Shown here in pieces: positions 13,355 to 26,664 of a stretch of DNA of 64,000 nt (positions within the stretch are counted from its first letter, which is position 1; every line of letters begins with the position of its first letter). A program made the position numbers and the translations under genes. The notes beneath the pieces were generated by a model that saw only the letters and a program-made list of their open reading frames with translations, ran no database searches and was not told the DNA's origin. Origin of the DNA: Vicugna vicugna (Eukaryota); NCBI GenBank assembly GCA_013265495.1, contig MU057947.1, positions 1,387,070-1,451,069 of the forward strand, in the 5' to 3' direction.

Positions 13355-14540
13355 TGTAGAAGATTTCACAGCAAAGCCAGTGATAAAATACTCCCCCCAC
13401 CTTGGAGCCCTCCGGGTCTCTGTCGGATCAGGGGACCGTCCCTTGGCTGACCAGACATGGCTGCTAAGATGGCCAAGGGGATAATGGCCCTGTTGAATGA
13501 TCAAATCCTCCTGCCCTTTTGGGTTCTGGGACAGAACTGCCAGGACCCACCCTCCCCAGATGACGTGGGTGAGACTCAAGATGCCCCCTGGTTCCTACCA
13601 CAAGTCCAGACACAGACCCCAGGTTCCCAACCTTCACCTTATCAGTGATTGAACTTTTGTCCCCACTGACCAATCTGCACGAAATGCCTACTTAACTAAG
13701 TGCCAGTCAGTGTGGGAACCCACGTGGGCCCCAGAATTGACAAGAAAAGTATGTTAAACTGGAAGCCTTTGAGAGGAATGGATGCAGAAAGAAACCGCCT
13801 TGGAGCCGCCCTTCTTTGCTTAAAAACAGAACCTCTGGGAGATGAGGTAAAGCCCTCTGTAGGGTGGGTCCGCTTCCAAGGAGGAATCAAGAGTAAACGT
13901 GCCGTGAATCCCCTCTCTGGGAAGAGCTGTGGCCTCGCAGAAGGACCTCTTGGTCCTGCATGAACAAACGCTGTCACAAACTTCCTTGTTTCTCCTTTAT
14001 TCTCCTAAAACCCCATTCTTCTTTCCTAAAGAAACCTTTTTATTCTTCCCCCCAAAGCTTTTGTTCTCCCATCCCTTTAACCTACTAAGTCAGGTAAATG
14101 AGCCTCAAATTCTAAACACCCTATTGGGTTATGTGTCCCTGACTATCCCCACATTGCATGTGTAAATTTTTTTCTGTTGTTAATTTGTCTGTTGTTGGTT
14201 TAGTTCACATGCTTCAGGCGCAGAACATAATGAGGTGGAGGAAAACATTTTTCCTCCTCAACACAGGCTCCTACCTTCCCTCCAGGCCCTGAACTTTGGC
14301 CAGCTTGGGAATGTGGGACACTTGCTCCCAAGACGTTCCCTGACCAACTGTCCCATCACACCACCCCTGCACCCAGCCTTGGTTCCTCCTCCCTCTAAAA
14401 GGAAATCTCTTTCTTCCTGACCTTGGAGACTCCTGCAGGTCTCAGTCTGAGGTGCTCCCTGTGGCAGTGACCCACCCGCCCTGCTGTAATAATCCTTCTT
14501 AGAGAGTCTCTCCCTCCGTAGGATTCGTAGCTCTTTGCCA
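13355..14540 (+). mobile_element. Old ERV1-class LTR (MER89/MER90/MER110-like; family uncertain), split by an inserted LTR
   Basis: TG...CA ends; caggctcctaccttccctccaggccctgaactttggcc; U5-like ctgtaataatccttcttagagagtctctcc...ctctttgcca. Confidence 0.5.
13711..14263 (+). mobile_element. MER34/MER39-like ERV1 solo LTR
   Basis: Starts tgtgggaacc; contains ttaaactggaagcctttgagaggaatggatgcagaaag; ends ttttctgttgttaatttgtctgttg...gaggtggaggaaaacatttttcctcctcaaca. Confidence 0.7.
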
Positions 14541-15439
14541 GTGATCAGAGACAGGGTGCCGCAGCCTGGGCTGCCAGCCACACCGGGAGCTGGCGGAGCT
14601 GGCCATGTGGTCGCGTCATCTATTCAAGGTCGCCGTGATCTCTGAAAGCAACTCATCGGCAGTTGATTAATTAAATTGTGCTCAAAGAATGGAAAAACCT
14701 CAAAACGGGAAAGCCCGAACCTAGTGGCACAGGCAGGCATGGTGTTCAGTTATGTCCTGACACGTCAGGCCGCAGAAATCGGGCCCCTTGACTCCCATCC
14801 CCGGAACTTCTGCATTAACGCTGCACGGGCCAGCGGCCTCACCCGCTGCGCGCCCGAGGAAGGCGGGAGGGCTTGCGAGGCCTGGCGGCCACCCAGACCA
14901 CCCCGGCCGCCCTGGAGCCTCGGGACATTGCCCACTGGACGCGACGCCGGGCCCCTCGGAGCCGCTGTGACTCGCGCTGACGCACACTCCGTCACCCGGT
15001 CCCCGCTTCTCCGGGGAGGGGCGGCTCTGATAGTCTACTCCTTCTCATTCTCTCACGCTCCTCACTTCTGCTGGGGAAGTCTCCTCGGGCTTGAGCAGAA
15101 GGCTGTTTGAACACAGAAAGAGAGAGATTTCGTGGACACGTTTTCCCCAATTTACATTTTCAAGTTGAAGAGGCCTTGAGAGCCCAGCCTCGCACAGAAT
15201 TAAGAAGGAGACGGACCCGAGCGGCCACGGGGCGTGAGCTCCTTCCCCAGCTGCTGGGCTGCAGCCCGGCCCCGGGCAGCCTCCTCTATGTGCCCGGCGA
15301 CCCGACCCCTCCTTCGGGTCCACTTCCCCACACTCCCCGGGACTCAGAGGGGACATTGTAGCATTTCTGTGGGATGTGGGCGTGGTAGGAAGAGGCTCAC
15401 CCGGGGGTCTGTGTTCGTGCGACATTTAAAACCTTGGTG

Positions 15440-15642
15440 ACAGTGGACGTCACGTGAGTCTATGCACGTGATGGAATGACTTCAAACCTCACACTCGGTA
15501 CCCGTGCAGATTCCTGGGTTTGACATTGTCCTGCAACCACGGAAGATGGAACCAGGTGGGGAAACTGTGTGAATGGTTTGTGGGACCTCTTAGTACTATG
15601 CCTGCAACTTCTTGCTTCAAAAATAAAAAAGAATTTTTTAAA
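15440..15642 (+). mobile_element. L1MC/L1MD-type LINE 3' end
   Basis: ttcctgggtttgacattgtcctgcaacc...ggggaaactgtgtgaatggtttgtgggacctcttagtactatgcctgcaacttcttg...aaaataaaaaag. Confidence 0.7.
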
Positions 15643-16244
15643 GGAAATGAGAGGGGATGATACCATAATATCACACGAACCACATTCACCTCAAACAAGG
15701 AAGGCAGGTGGCGCCCTGATTCTTGGGTCGCACAGTCTTGGGGCCTCTAATATAATTCCAAGTCCGCCCGGTTAGAGGTTCGGCCACCGCTCCCCGGGCC
15801 GGTCACCATGCACGCAGCCGCCGTCCAGGCGAGTGCTAGTTAACACACGCGCGGGAACAGCCTGCACTTGCGCTGCACGCCGGTGGCACCCAGGCAGGCT
15901 GTGGTCCTGGCTTTCTGCGGAAAAACAGCCGAGCAAGGGAGAGAAGTCGCGGGGATAACCCCTTTGCTGTCTTAAATTCTTCACAAATGGATATTACTCT
16001 GCCTAGAAATGCAGCCTCTTGGAAAGATTTATGGGCATAAAAGCTATGTTTACATAAAACAGCTATAATTTAGAAAGAAGCTGGCAATCTTCACAGAGTT
16101 GTCCGTTGCGTTCTTCCAAGCTTGGAAAATGCGCGATTAGCGCCTGGGCTGAGACCGCGCGCCAGCACGTGTTTGCAGTTCAGGGAATGAGTCCCGGCCG
16201 CGGCGCGCAGGGCTAGGTGAGCAGGGCCGGACCGGCCCTCGGCA

Positions 16245-16720
16245 TGCCAGTCCCCCAGGCCGCGCCCCAGAGCCCCCGCCACAGGCTCGGGACTTCAGAC
16301 AACGGGAATGTATTGTCTTGCTGTCCCGGGTCAGGAGTCCGCAGTGGGGCTCACGGGGCTGGCTTTGGCCTCAGCGGCTTCCTGCTGGAGAGTCTAGAGG
16401 AGTGTCCGGCTCCTTGCATTTTAGCTTGGAGAAGCCGCCTGCTTCCCTGGCTTGTGGCCCCTCCTCCCACTTCAGAGCCAGCGGCAGGGGGCGGAGGCCT
16501 CTCAGGCTGCCAGCTCTGCTCCCCTGTCTTCTGCCTCCTCTTCCCCATTTAAGGGCCCCTGTGATTCCTTCGGCCCCGCCTGGATTGTCCGGGAGAATCT
16601 CCGTATCTCGAGGCCAGCCACCCGCAGCCTTGCTTTCCCTCTGCCAGGCGAGGTAACCTGTTCACAGGCTCTGGGGATCGGGATGTGAACATCTTTGGGG
16701 CCATGGTTCCTCCGGCCGCA
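16245..16720 (-). mobile_element. MLT1D-like MaLR solo LTR
   Basis: ttccctggcttgtggcccctcctcccacttcagagccagc...tttaagggcccctgtgatt...ggtaacctgttcacaggctctggggatcgggatgtgaacatctttggggccat. Confidence 0.8.
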
Positions 16721-16864
16721 CTGGCCTTGCCGGCTCAGGCTGCCCTGGACGCCTGGCTCCCCTTGCCCTGGGCCACCGCCCTGCAGTATCTGCTCCCTCA
16801 GGGCGCGGCTGCTGTGGGCAGATGGGTTGGGGTTTGTTTTTATTTCTTGAAAGCACACACGGGG

Positions 16865-17038
16865 TACTCACCATGTGCCCACATGGCCTCACGTGCCTTA
16901 ATCTCCAGGACCCCGTGAAGGGGTATCATCCCTGTTTCACGGATGAGGATGGTAAGGCTCAGAGAGGGTACTTGGCTCGTTCACGCGGCTCAGCTGGGAC
17001 TCACAGCAGGCGGTCTGGGCCCACGCCTGCAGCTTCTT
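16865..17038 (-). mobile_element. MIR SINE, degenerate
   Basis: tatcatccctgtttcacggatgaggatggtaaggctcagagagggtacttggctc. Confidence 0.7.
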
Positions 17039-20000
17039 CTCACCTGTGAACTCACTGGAAATGCAGGTGGAAATGTGAATGTGTGTCTGCACCGTGATGA
17101 GCAGGCCCTGGTGGTGAGTCAGCCCCAGGTCCCTTTCAATAGGAGGAATCTGATGGGCAGACAGCCAGGCCTGGCAGGAGGAGTCTCGGGGCTGGGGTGG
17201 GACGGGGGCTGGCTGGGCCAGGAGGGGCCAGCTGCCTGCCTCGCTCCCCATGACCGAGACCTGGGACCCGTGTCCCATGTCCCAGGAGGTGACGTGGAAG
17301 TGACCCGCCTTCCCCATCCCTCCTGCAGGAGGCTGTGCACAGGGGGTCGGCCCATGGCCACACGGCTCCGCTTGGCCTCTGTGGGTGCCTTTAATCACTC
17401 CCAGGGATCTCCATCTGGGCTGGGAGAGCAGGGTGTACTTGACTTGGGAGGCTGCAGGGGCCCGACTCTGAGGTGTGGTGACAGACGGAGCAGTGAGCTG
17501 ACGCCCACCCCGCACTGGGATGGAGATAAGGCGGTGAGGAGGGTGGGGGATGCCTGGAGGGGCAGGAAAAGGCCCTGGAAAGGGAGCTCAGAGGCCTAGA
17601 GGAGAAAGCTGAGACCAGGGCCCAAGGGCCCTGCAGGTAGAAGGGGCCAAGCCCTGAGCTGGGAGCACTGGGCCGCGAGCGCCCGCTGTGGTCTCCCTGG
17701 GGAGTGGTCTCTGCTCTCAGACACCCCAGTGCCTCCTGCTGGGTTGGGCGGGTCTCCCACAGCGTGGACAGGCATGGAAGGAGCTGTGCTCCAGCCAAGG
17801 CCAGGTTTCATGCTGAGGGTCCCTGGGGGCGGGCGGGAGCTTGGAGCCCCAGGAGGGAGCAGGGTCCCTGTACTCATTCTCCCACTGGCTGGGCTGGGTC
17901 TGCTCGGGCCCCGCCCTCGTGCAGCTGGCTCCCCTCGAGGCTGCAGGGCTGCCCTGCGCGGTCCACCCACATCAGCCGCTGACAAAGCACAGCGTCCCCA
18001 GAAGGAGCTGGGCAGGAATGAGAAGGCGCCCCGCTCCCGCAGGCAAGGGGGTTTCGGGGCCGCCAGTTCCCGCCGAGTGGACCTGGATGCACCCACCTCT
18101 AGCCTCAGCATCTTGCACCTGGGACACCAGGGCTGGCGGAGCCACGTCGTGTCCTTGGTGCCCGCGGGGAAGGGCCTTCTCGCTGATGCTGGAGGCTCTG
18201 CCAGAGACGCTCACAGCAGCCCGCAGCTGGCACCTGGTTCGGGGCAGGCAGGCGGACAGCGCGGGAGAGAAGCACCGTGTCCTCACGGCGAGGCTGGGAC
18301 CCTGCAGGGGATTTATGGCTGTGTCGCCACTGATGTAGGGCCCGCACTGTCTCTTGGGCCATTAACATCCTCTTCTTGGTGCCTCAGCCCTGACCTCGCT
18401 GTCATCCATCAGGATCTGGGAGCGTCTTCCCTCTGCTCCTGACACCAGCACAGATAGATGGGGACACGCAGCTGAGCTTGGCTCCCAGCTCCCTTCCCGC
18501 TGGAGCTCCCCGTCCTGCACTCTGGGCGTCCTTGTAGGATTTTCCCTTTAAACTGGGTCAGGTTGTCGACCACACCCGGCCACACGCAGGCCTGGTGCTG
18601 CCGTGATTAGTCCACTCCCTGGGGCACCGGGGCCACAGGGCGTCACCACTGGGAGGGGGACCCCCTGGCAGCCCACGCTGCCTCTGCACTGCCCCCTCAG
18701 GGCACCGGACTTCGGAAATGGGCAGTCCTTGTTCACGGTCACAGGCACGTAGGGCTGGGCTCCGGCCTCGCTGGAGGTCTTGTTCAGCTGTGTCAGGGGG
18801 CCGGGGGGGTGACCACAGGCACGGGGAGCCGCTCGGTCCTCTGTGTGCGTGCCCAGGACGCTTGGACGCAGGCCAGTCCCCAGAGGGGAGGCGGGAACCA
18901 GACATGAATGCTGAGTCTGTGTCCAGAGCCGTGCCGAGCTCTGCCCTCTTCCCCAGCTCCCGGGACGCGGCTGCCTTACCCCAGCTCGCAGCTCAGGGCA
19001 GGGCGGGTCTCTGTAAGTCTCGATGGAAAAGGTGTGTTTCCTCCATTCCCTGAGACACAAATCCAGAATCAGGACTGCAAACTTCGTGGGGGGAGCAAAA
19101 CCCCACAAAACAGTGTAGGTTTCTAAGCAAATGTGTGTATGTGCGATCACATGGTTGAACATATGTGTGCTCGTGCGATTGCACACGTGTGTGCGTGAGC
19201 ATGTGTGTACGTAGTCCCACGTGGCTGCTGCTGCTTTGTTGGAACCGGAGAGGCTCTGGCACCAGCCTCGCCCCACTCTCCCGAGGTCAGCCACCTCCCT
19301 GAAGAGGCACAGTCGGCAAAGTTTCACCTAGTTTTCCTGAAAGGTTATTGAAGGAACATCATTCCAGCTGTGGTTCCCCACTGGGCTTGGAATGAATTCC
19401 TCTCCCAAAAGTCTGACAAGCCACGTGTCACTCATGATCCTGGATAGGAACCTCACGGGACCCCTGCAGCTGGCCTCGACGGTGGACCCCGTGGAGAGGT
19501 CCTGCACCCCTCCCAGGCCTCCTTGGTAGGGGAGCCTATTCCTCTTTGTCCCCAGGCCTCCCCAGCGGGGTCCCCAGGGCCTGCCTGTCTCCAGCTCCTT
19601 CCATCAGGTGTGGAAGGCCTTCAGCACCGCCCAGGCAGCCTTCCCTGATGGAGCTTCATTGGACATGGTTCCAGACTCCACAGATGAGACACATGGAAAG
19701 AAGACGGGAAGCGGGCTTCCTTTACCAAAGCATAGAGCCGGCTCCGTTTTGCAGCCTCTGTGTGGGGTTGTGGGAGCAGAGGGTGGGGAAGAGCAGCCTA
19801 GAATCTGTGGCCCTTCTAACCTGCTTGCACAAAGCTCACCAGTTCCAGTTATACTAATGCTTTTCGGAGCTTTAGGTGCAACGAAACACGCTTGCTTTGG
19901 GAAGGCCTGGCCAGTTCTCAGTCGCATGTACCCGGGCGGGTGGGCGGCAGGGCGTCCTCCCTGGGGGCACTGGGGACGTGAGAGTTGACGACCAGCTAGA

Positions 20001-23000
20001 CTTCGCAACAGGTGATGGCCGAGAATTTTACTTTCTTTGAAAATTTTTATGTCCTGATGAAAACGCTTTGTTTCCACATTTCGAGTGTCATTGGGTTTTT
20101 TTTTAATTCTTTATCTCATTCCTGTAGAAAGGGCACAACTGTAAAACCTCTCAAGTAACATCATAATTAGACATTTTGCGGACGTGAAAGCGAACAGCTC
20201 TGCGTGATGGACTTCGTTTGTGGGATTCGTGTGTCCCTGGTTTGTTACTGCTCAGCTCTCCCCAGGAACCACAGGGCTCTCCGCCGCGTGCGGCGGGGCC
20301 AGCTTGGTCATCTCGGCCGTTTCGGTGTCTTCAGTGCTGCCATGTGAGGTGTACTTGTCGAGGTAGGAAGGTGGACCCGTTATAGCATCCTTGTTAGGTT
20401 GGTTTTTGGCTTTCAAATACTTATAGTTTGTGGCCTCTGTCCGTCCCGCAGACATGCTGCTTGGCTGGCTTTGGGCCAGCACGTGCTGTCCCTTTACCTC
20501 CCCCCATAATCAGGGGGGCTGTGGGGCAACCACAGTGACCTTGGGTCCTGACCCCACAGTCTGTCGCAGCGTCCAGCGCAGAGCAGTGCCCCTCCCCATG
20601 AAGCACCAGCCACAGTCACAGCGGGCAGACACGCTGAGTGCATGTGCGTGTTTGTGCCGGCGACCCCACGTGTCCCGGGAACTCACCCGGCTTTGGAGCT
20701 GACCGTGTGTAGTCTGATTGGAGACCTGACCCTGAGCCATGAGAATCCCCAGGCAGCCGTGTCGCTCCGCAGCTGACTGACCCGAGGAGCCGGGCACGGA
20801 GGTGGTCACACGTGCCCCACACGGCCGGGCTGGGCAGGGACGATGCCCAGACACTGGGAGAAGATGAGAGGAAGGAGAAAACGGGACTCCCAGGATTCAG
20901 ATCAGGACTTCGAAACAGTGCCAAGCCAATCCTGAAAGACTCACTGTCCTTGGTCAGAAATGGAACAGCCACCTGAGAGCATCCTCACCCACAGGTGGAG
21001 GTGCGGGGCTGGGCGCCGACAGGGCGGGCAGCGACCTCGGTGACCGGACGGCAGGCGCCTTTAGATGCACTTACCATCACGCCTGCTTCCTGCTTCCCTC
21101 CTCCTTTCCTGCGTCCTTCCCATCTTTCCACACATGGCTGGCGGAGGCTTGGAGCCCAGGCTTCCTGGGGAAACCACAGCACGGAGCGAGCGGGAGCAGA
21201 CTCAGCAAAACTCCAGCACCAAAGCGCACCAGCCTGTGGGAGGCCCTGGGGACCCTGGGCCCCCTGGAGGCGTCGGCAGTCCTGGGCTTGGGGCCGGGGG
21301 CCGGGGGCTGGGGCCGGGATCAGGCCTGGTCGGAGGGGCTCTGAGTAGAAAGGATGCTCTGAGCGGCCCACGGGGCTCACCCCGCGCCTGGCAGAGAGTG
21401 TGGGCCTTTGGGCGGAGAGCGAGGCCCTCCACGCTCGGCCCGCGGCAGACGCTGGTGGTCAGGCCCGTGCCGCTCTGGGTGCTGACAGGCCTCGCGAGCC
21501 CCATAAAGAGACGCCTGCCAGGTACAGGAGGATGGCTCAGGCCGGGAACGCGGGGGCTCCTGAACCTGACTGTGGCTTGCCTTGCCCTTTACACACCGCT
21601 CCTCTCTCCTCACCTGTGCCCGGGGGCCTGGCTGCTGCGGCCTCACAGCCTCTGCTCCTCCCTGCTTCTCCCAGTGGGACGCGGCGGACAGGGAGGTGGT
21701 GGTGCCCGTGTGGTCCCACTTGGGAAGCGCAGCTGCAGAGCCCCGCATGGGGTGCGGGAAGGCCGGGCAGAGAGGTCCCGCCCCCCAGCACCCGCCCCTG
21801 GGGCACCAGTCAGCGCCCGGCCTCCACCGTCTTGCAAAGGGGCCCCGGTGCCCGGCATCTGGTGCTGCGTTCGTGTCCCGCTTTCGTTACTCCTGTGTGT
21901 CTGCGCCATTGCTTGGGTACTGAGTTTACCCGTGAACGTAACGAGAGGATTTGTGTTTGCGCACTGTAAATATTATAACTCAGAGCCCATTGTGTAAAGA
22001 TGAGAAATGTATTTATAACGGATCTTGTGTATTACCATACGAGCTTCATCGAGGGAAATAGGTTTAAGCATTATCATCATGAAAAAAAATGGATTTCATT
22101 TCTCCTTATTTACAATGCGCAGTTCATCGGGTTTTTTTTTAAAGGGAGAAATAAAAAAATCCATGCTAAAATGCAGAATAAATTCAGATCCATTTGCTTC
22201 TAGAGACATACCTTGGACAAAAGGAATGACAAAGCTGGTGCATTGTGGGAAGGCATCGCTGACAAACCGCAGCGTCCATTAAGCGGGTGAGCAGCCGAAG
22301 GTCTGCGTGTTCATTTACAGCACAAGGGGTCAGTTTGTACATCGAACACCTGTCCTTGTGGCTTTCGCTGAGCTGAGCGAAAAAGCGCGTGGAGGAGAAC
22401 CTGCCTCCAAGCGGGTCGGGGCCCCACCTCTGCGGGCTGACGTGCAGGCCCGTGTGCTCCACGCAGAAGCGCCCCTGCTCAGCCGCCACGGGCCCGATCC
22501 TAGCAAGGAAACGGGCCTCCTGCCAGAACGCCCGAGTCCTGAGAAGTGAGAGGCGGTCAGCCCTGCCCAAGGCTGCTGCCACCTGGTCCCTGCCGGGCAC
22601 GCCTGCTCCCTGTTGTCACCTCCTCTGACGTGGGGCCCTTCCGCTGCCACCACTGGGGGGGGTTGTGAAAACAAAAGCACACACAGTGAGCTGTCGTGGG
22701 CTCCTGGCTTCTACCTGATTCCCCAGGAGCCAACGGGCATGTGGTCCTGCGAAGCGTGAGATGAGGAGGCTGCGTTTGCTGGCGACTCGGCCACTGCCGC
22801 AGTGCTGCGTGGCCGTCGGTGGGGCCCTGGCGATGCTGGCCATCCTCTGGGAAGATGTGGGCATGGACAGGCACACGTCCACTGTCCCTTGAAACATTCC
22901 AGGCTGCGGTCCCGTCTCTGCTCCCAGCTTGCTCTCCTGCCGCGCCTCAGCCGTCCGTAAGTGTTGGCTGGGTGAGAAGTGCTGAGCTGGGAGGTTATGT

Positions 23001-25859
23001 CGTACCGTCACATTTGATGTCCCTCTGCATAATTCCTTTGGCAAGCAGCACCAAGACCCCTTCATTTTATTATACCTCAATGGGTCTCTTAGCAGCTTGT
23101 TTTCTGGGGCATCTCAGTAATTCTGGCGATGGTGGCAGCACGTTCCCTGATGGTGGTAGAAATTGCCGCAGAGGGGAACGCAGACAACGCCATCCTTCTT
23201 TTTTCCTATTTTGGCTGATATTACAGAGTCCGCAATTCTAAAAGGAAGAGAGCAAACAGCTTCCAGCTTGGAACCCATCAAGGTGGTTTTGAGGCAGCCG
23301 TGGGGAATTGGCTCCTGGGGCCTCTGTGAGCCCACGTGGGGAGGGGGAGGGGGAGGGAAGGAAGCCCGGGCGGAGGCGGGCCCCACAGCCCCCGACTAGA
23401 GCCTCTGTGCAGCTTGCCTTCCCCGCGAGGCTCAGGGAGATTTGTGTGAATGAAAGTCGTCCTTACTTAAGAGCAAAACCTCCCTAAGTGGTAAGAGCAC
23501 GGCCCTCGGGTGGCTCGCCCTGTGGCCTGACTGGCACCCCCCGGTGAGGGGTCGGGCCTGGGCTGTGCTGTGCTTGGACACAGACTGGTCTTTGCTGCTC
23601 AGACCCCTGCCCAGGACTCGGCCTGTCGCCATCGCTGCTCCAACTCCATTCAGACCTGCACAGACTCTCGTTGATGGCCCCTCCGTCCTGGAGCGCACCC
23701 AGGCGCAAGGCCCTTCCAGTCGGAGCGCCACCAGCACGACCTCCCCCCGAGGACGGCCCAGGAGCCTTGGCACAGAGGGGCCACGGGCACCTGCCTGCCT
23801 CCACCCCCAGGTCTCTGGGGGATCCCCCGGTGCTCCCCCAGCATGTTGGCCCCAGGCCCTGCAGGTGGAGGGAAAGCCTGCCTCCACCTGGGACACAGCG
23901 AGAACTCAGGGCTCTTCCAGCCACGCTCCAGGCCTTCCAGAGCAACCGCCGCACCGTCCTCTCTGTCGGTCCGGGCCTCCTGCTCAGGTCCCCAGTGCCG
24001 GTCTCTCAAAGGGCAGACTCGCCACGCCTGAGGAATCCTCAAAGCAGAGTTTCCAAAAAGATTGGGAAAACGCTGTGGAATAATTGGTTGTTTGATTTTT
24101 CCAGGGAAAAAAATGTATCCAAACATTGTCCGGGGGCAAGATGAGAGCTCCGTTGTAGCGTTCCGTGGGTTTCTAAAATTGCGTTTGGGGCCGAGGGCTG
24201 AGTGTTGTGAATACTCCAGGGCGGAGGGCTTGTCAGAGTCATCGCTTGACCCTACGCTTAGCGCCAGTGTGGACTTGCACATTTCAGGTTCGCTGCGCTT
24301 CCTGAGAGAAGCCCCTGGCTTCACGGCCACCTGAGGCCACCTGGACACCATCAGAGAGCGAGGTGATCAGTGAGACCCAGGCCACAGGCACCTCGGAACG
24401 TCAAAGCCAGCCCAGGAGGTGGGCGGCTCTGGGGCGAGCCCAGCCCAGGGCGGGATCTGGAGCCTGTCCCTGGGTGCCCCGGGAGCCGCCATCCCGCGGG
24501 CAGGAGTGGACACACAGGCTCTGACCAGAAGCACCCACTCATCGCGGGATTCCCTTCCCGGCTGTGGCCCGGGGAGACTCCCACCTCCCCAGTGCCTGCA
24601 GTTAAAGTGGCCTGCACCCCAACCCACGGGCAGCGTCTGGATGCGCCAACTCCCCGTGGCCGCCACAGCAGAGAACCACGCACTGAGGGGCTTATAGGGG
24701 CAGACATTACGTCCCGTAATTCTGAAGGCCCGACGTCCTAAATCAGTGTGTCTGCAGGTCTGCCTCCCCCTGAGGCCTGGAGGAGGCTCCTCCCTGCCCC
24801 CTCCCGCTCCCGTGATTGCCGGCATCCCGGACCCGCCTACCCTGCCGCTGCACCCCTCCGGTTTCTGCCCCCGAGCCACGTGGCCTTTTCCTCCCCTACA
24901 AGAACGTCAGATGGTCTTTATAGAACAGACTCAGAACGTCTGCGGCTCCCGCTCACACCTGTTCCTTTTGAAATTCAGCGCCTCCCCCGGGACGTCCATT
25001 CCTTTCACAGCCGCAGAGGCCGGGCTCGGGGCCTCAGGACGTCCGTCAGTGGGCCGACTGGGTTTTTCTCCTCCCGCCAAACAATAAGGTGCACAGTAAA
25101 CTTCCATGACGAGATGTCTTCAAGTGCAACCAGGTGCCGTTGAGCACAGCAGTGTCCTGGCCTCAGGGTCACCCCCATTTTCCATCATAGCAAGACACTG
25201 TTGTCAGCTGATTGCAGATGGCTCGTGCTGTTAATGCCAAGTCCCAGCAACCAGTCGAAAAAGACCCGCCAGGCAGCCTTCTGTCGCCTAGAGATGGAGA
25301 GACCGCGGGGAGGGAGCGGGGTGGGGCGTAAAGCTCGGTTCCGGGCCTCGTGCAGATGAACAGCCTCTGCGGCCAGTGACTCCAGGCTTCAAGCAATCTA
25401 AGTGGGTTTTCCCAGCAGGAAGATGAGACACAAATAGCCCGACGCGTTTAGGCTCCACGGGAGGCTCGGGTTTAACCTGCTCGGGAACCGGGGCCTTCCA
25501 GGGACGTCCTCGCTGCTCGGGCTTGGGGACGTCTGCATGTGAGTGACGGAGCTTTCTGTGTTCAGTGCAAACCTCTGGCACTTTACCTTAGAGATGCAGC
25601 CCAGACTGAGGACTGCTGGGGTCCTGCTGGGTCCCAGCACCCACGGCAGTGATGCAACTTGTAAACCAGGGTCTCCACACAGCAATGGTTACCTTCATAG
25701 AGAGAAGGTATTTCCAACCCCAAAATGGTCTTGTGTCTCTTGGCTTTCAGCAGAAGGATGGTGGGTGTCTGCAAGATGTGGCCATCTTCGGAGGGGGTGG
25801 GGGTCTCTGGGCAGCCTTGCCCGGCATCCACCTCCCCCCACGCCTGCGGTACAGGACGC

Positions 25860-26286
25860 TGTGTCAGCGCCTTCCGGCTGCCGAGCAAAGTGCTGCAGAC
25901 TGGGTTAACTCTGGCACGGTCTGGAGGCCAGAAGTCCGAAGTCGAGGTGCCGGCAGGCTGGTTCCTCCTGGAGGCTCAGAGGGAGAACCAGCCCCAGGCT
26001 CTCCCCAGCTCCTGGTGTCCGGGAACCCTGGTGACCCTGGGCCCGGAGACACTTCCCTCCAGTCTCGCCTCGTCATCCCCTGGCCTCCTGTCCCTGCCGA
26101 TCTCCCTCCTCCTGCAGGAGACCCCTCATCCTCCTGGGGTGTGACCACCCTAAGCCAGCGTGACCGCACCTGTGGCCTAACTTGACCACATCTGCAAAGA
26201 CCTTGTTTCCACGTAAGGTCACATTCCCAGGGACGGGGCTTAGGACTCGAACGTACCTTTCGTGGAACTCGATTCAACCCAGAGCA
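25860..26286 (-). mobile_element. MLT1B/C-like MaLR solo LTR
   Basis: tctggaggccagaagtccgaagtcgaggtgccggcaggctggttcctcctggaggctc...acatctgcaaagaccttgtttccacgtaaggtcacattc...gattcaaccc. Confidence 0.85.
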
Positions 26287-26664
26287 ATGGTTTAGGTTCG
26301 GATCCTAGGCCCTGAGATACAGCTCAGGCTCGTGGGCTGTTAAGTGTCCAGTTATTAACGGTGATTCTGGCCTTGGGTGTGAGAACACTGGGCCAGGAAT
26401 GGTTCTTTTTCGGCCTCGGACGGTCCTCGGACACCATAGGAAGAGGCTGTGAGCATCTCTTGTCGGAGGCAGGGATGCAGCTGTTACGAGGTGCCACTGC
26501 CCTGGCCACTGTCCATCCTAGAAAGACACAGCAGCAAAGGTCGCAGCCTTGGGAGGCGTAAAGACCCGTCTCTGCAAGTGTCCACTCCGCAGTCCCTTCA
26601 GTTCTGTTTCGCCCTCGAGCCGAGACACACAGACGGGGAGAGCATGTGTTCATCAGAGGAGGCA

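Noticed and set aside
20252..20482. Protein-like minus-strand frame (TEATNYKYLKAKNQPNKDAITGPPSYLDKY...)
   Set aside because: Not recognised, and no convincing splice sites or start context.
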